Shown here in pieces: positions 60,891 to 64,000 of a DNA stretch of 64,000 nt. A program made the translations under genes and the position numbers. The stretch lies in the NCBI RefSeq assembly GCF_009914755.1, contig NC_060933.1; one strand, given 5' to 3'. A model generated the notes under the pieces. The model made no database searches. It had not been told where the DNA came from and saw only the letters and a list, made by a program, of their open reading frames with translations. Within the stretch, counting starts at the first letter, position 1; each line of letters begins with the position of its first letter. The stretch is from the human T2T-CHM13v2.0 reference genome, Homo sapiens.

Positions 60891-63114
60891 CAATCCCACC
60901 AAACATTAATTGCTGTAATTTTCAGCTAGTACATAACCACATACCTCTTTTTGGCTTTTTAATATTTCTACTACCTGGATGCAACATGTCATTGATAGTG
61001 TTGATTGTCATTGCCTGCTCTTCAGTAAACATTTTTAAATGGCTACATCAAAACATGCAAAATAAGTGTCAGTGGCTTGGAAGAAAATTTGAGACAATTG
61101 TAAAGCATTATTTTATCTACTAAAAACTAGATGAGTGTAGGAAAGGGTTGTGGTTGGGTCAGACGTGTTTGTCATGATTGTCGAAAGTGGAATCAAAGTA
61201 GCTTCACTGCAGATAACTACAAATTAGTTGGTTTAAGAATCCTGCCTTGATGGCACTTAATTCTTTATGAAATATTTCAAGTAATGGTCTTGATGGAGGC
61301 AGAAGACTACATTGTATGGGGAAAAGTGAACAGCAGTATTAGTTTCAATTCAAAAGTGATATTGAATGTGAATAATTTAATCACCTTGACAAATTCATTT
61401 TGCTAATTTTTTATATATGCCCGAAATAAATAATATCTATGTCTAATTAAAGGCAAAATGGTCCTTTCAAGAAGTATAAAGTGAAATTTCTAATTGATAA
61501 GAAAGTAAAACATCAAATAGAGTTGACAGTATTTTTCTTTGTTAGTAGTATATAAAATAATGGTGAGATGTCCAATTAGTGATATTTTAAGTTTAATCTT
61601 GTGGATTCAAACATGGGACCAAGCAATAAGTCTAAACCTAAAATTTAGGCACTTTTAATATTTAAGTAACTTTGTTTACAGGTTGAGTTTACTTAAAATT
61701 ATTCTGTATATTATTAAATTATTTTTCCAAGTTCATTATACTTACAGTAAATTATCAGTAAAACTGAATTGCTCATGTGTTTTTTTTTTTCCACTCAAAA
61801 GAGATGAAGATAATATGTTGTAATTTTACCAAAATTGGGAGCTGTACTGTAGGAACAAATGTATGCCAAAATGGAGAGTTTGCCAGCCACCAGCATGAAA
61901 AGGAACACTTATATTTTGTTTTATTAGTATTCCAAACCAATACACCTGTCCACATATCAAATTCACTTTACTTATCAAAATCTGCTTTCACTTCCTCACC
62001 ACCAATTGACACAAATCCATTTTCTGCAGCCTCTAATGCCTTGGTTTGTTTGTCTTTCAGCACAGGGATAATTCAGTGGCAGTGAATAGCTGGGATAGAA
62101 AGCATGGTGTGTTTCTCCTAAGCGTATATTGCATGTGGTACGGCACTTCATATTGTGAAGAGGAATACATTAAGTGGATGATGCATGCCATGCTTTAAAA
62201 AATGAAAAAAGAAAATAGCTTTCTTTCAAATATGAAGGACTTAGAATGAAATTTTAAGGAAATAGTAACATAAATACATGTAAAATTCACTTGGTGAATG
62301 TTTTTAGAAATGTTTTTTTAAATGGCAGCAAATGCATATCACTGATCTCTAGGTCTTTGCATTTTTAGACTTCTCTGATTAATAAGTAAAAATTTACATG
62401 GGGATAAATTTTGCTAGAGGGATTTCTCAATAAAGATAGTTGGGTCCCCCAATGTTAATGTAGCTTACTAATAGGAGATATGGCAAATAAAACAACTGCT
62501 AGAATATCTAAAAATTATAATCAAGATTGCAGAACATCTTAGGGATTTGTGTGTGTGTGTGTGTTTATAACTTTAAAAAGAGGGATGATATTCTACCTTC
62601 AAAAGGAACATAATTATCCAGAGCTGGTTCCTTAGTGAGGTCACTGGTGGACCAATTTTGCAGCTGAGAAACTGCCTTTCTTTCATGGAGACTCTGAATG
62701 TTGTTCTCTTAGCTCAGGTTTTACTCCTTGCCACCACTCTCTTCTTGTACTAATGTTTTCAGCTTGTATTCATCCACTAACCCCCAACATCATATTAAAG
62801 CTTCAGACAAAAAAAGGATTTGACTCATTTAGGGTCTAAGATCTGTATTTTCTTCATTGTAGCTGTATTTCGCATTCATTGTTTGTAGTGCAGAAATGTT
62901 GATATTTGCTACAGTTTGGACACACTCTTCTTATTAATATTATTATTATTTTCAGGACAAAATGTCTCATGCTTCTTTCTGAAGTGTAATATGTGTGTTA
63001 TAAATATTTTTATGATAAAAAATAGTAAATCAAAGGTGCATACATCATGCTATCTTTTACCAAGCAAAATTAGTTCTCTGAAAATAAACTTCTTTATTTA
63101 AAATGTATAATCTC

Positions 63115-63320
63115 AGTAAACACTTATTTAGCGTTTATTATGGACCAGTCATCACTTTAAGTCCTTTATATATAAAATGATTTAATGTTGGCAGCAGATC
63201 TGTTTTATATTCAAGGAAACTGAGATATTGGAAAGTAAATAGTTAACTATTTGCTAACTAAGTAGAAACCATGGGATTTGAACACTGCTAGTCTGACACA
63301 GAGACCTTGCTCTTTCCGCT
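63115..63320 (-). mobile_element. MIR fragment
   Basis: 'aacacttatttagcgtttattatggaccag...aaggaaactgagatattgg...ctaagtagaaaccatgggatttgaacact...gtctgacacagag'. Confidence 0.7.
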
Positions 63321-64000
63321 ATTGTATATAGCATGTTAGCTATTCCAGACCAGTCTGTATTGAAACTCAACATCCACTTTCCAGCTTTAGAGCAATGTGC
63401 ATTAAGAAATGGACCAGCAGAACCAACAAATACTTGAGTGCTTGTTACCTCAAGAAAGGAAACAGAAAGCAAAGTACGCCTGGGGAAAGGTACACCTGCT
63501 CCCACCATAGCTTCCCAGATGTGCATTAACCAATTGAAAAACTGTATATTGTTCAGCTTCTAACGTTCTGACCAGCAATAGATGAAGATTTCTTAAACTC
63601 TTTTATTTTCATTCCAATGTAGAACAGACAATTAAAATTCAATATGAGCCATTTTATCCCAGGCACAGGCATTAAGAACAATGGGAGCACCCAAGCGTGA
63701 TCACTCAGGCTTTTAGGAGGGGTAGTCAATGCATTTGATTTTTTTTGTTTCATCATCCTGACTTCAGGAGACATGTTTGGTCTGTGTGGCCATACTCTTG
63801 CCTTGATTTCTGATGTATAAACTATTGCGCGTCAAAACAGCAACTACACATTGCATAAATTAAGTTATATCCAAATGTAACAATCTGGAATTTTATTTTG
63901 TAGTCAAAAAACAGATGAACACTAAATGTACAGGAAACAAATGTGAACATAGTTTCTTTTATATTCTCACATTTTTTATTGGGAAAATCAATTGTTTTCA

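Noticed and set aside
61777-62085. 102-aa ORF in apparently unique sequence
   Set aside because: Non-ATG start running through a T tract, no recognisable domain, and a length expected by chance in 64 kb.

Overview
AT-rich, CpG-poor mammalian genomic DNA, very probably human: a 5'-truncated L1 at 15343-15737 carries the ACG plus 3'-UTR G diagnostics of the human-specific L1HS pre-Ta subfamily. I see no CpG island, no recognisable host protein-coding exon, no RNA gene and no CRISPR-like array. The window reads as gene-poor intergenic or deep-intronic sequence dominated by layered transposon fossils. These include a dead full-length L1PA7/8-type LINE (2127-8594), a 5'-truncated L1PA2-type copy whose 759-codon ORF2 remnant is still open through the RT and C-terminal domains, an old L1MA9-type element lacking most of ORF2, several Alus, solo LTRs (LTR15-, MER4-, MLT1/MLT2-, LTR16-like), ERVL pol fragments, MER44, L2, MIRs and microsatellites. 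I found no evidence of a new multi-gene system. The most unusual signals are structural: (i) a ~139-bp inverted copy of ERVL integrase sequence pasted into a nearby ERVL RT fragment between 14-bp direct repeats; (ii) a ~67-bp non-repeat segment duplicated 1.6 kb away, apparently into a MIR; (iii) a three-arm chimeric Alu bounded by one TSD; (iv) an ORF1-only L1MA9-type element with a candidate TSD; (v) a potentially polymorphic pre-Ta insertion; (vi) a repeat-free block with a perfect minus-strand splice donor and Oct/TCF motifs. Subfamily names come from recalled consensus sequences, not from a search.
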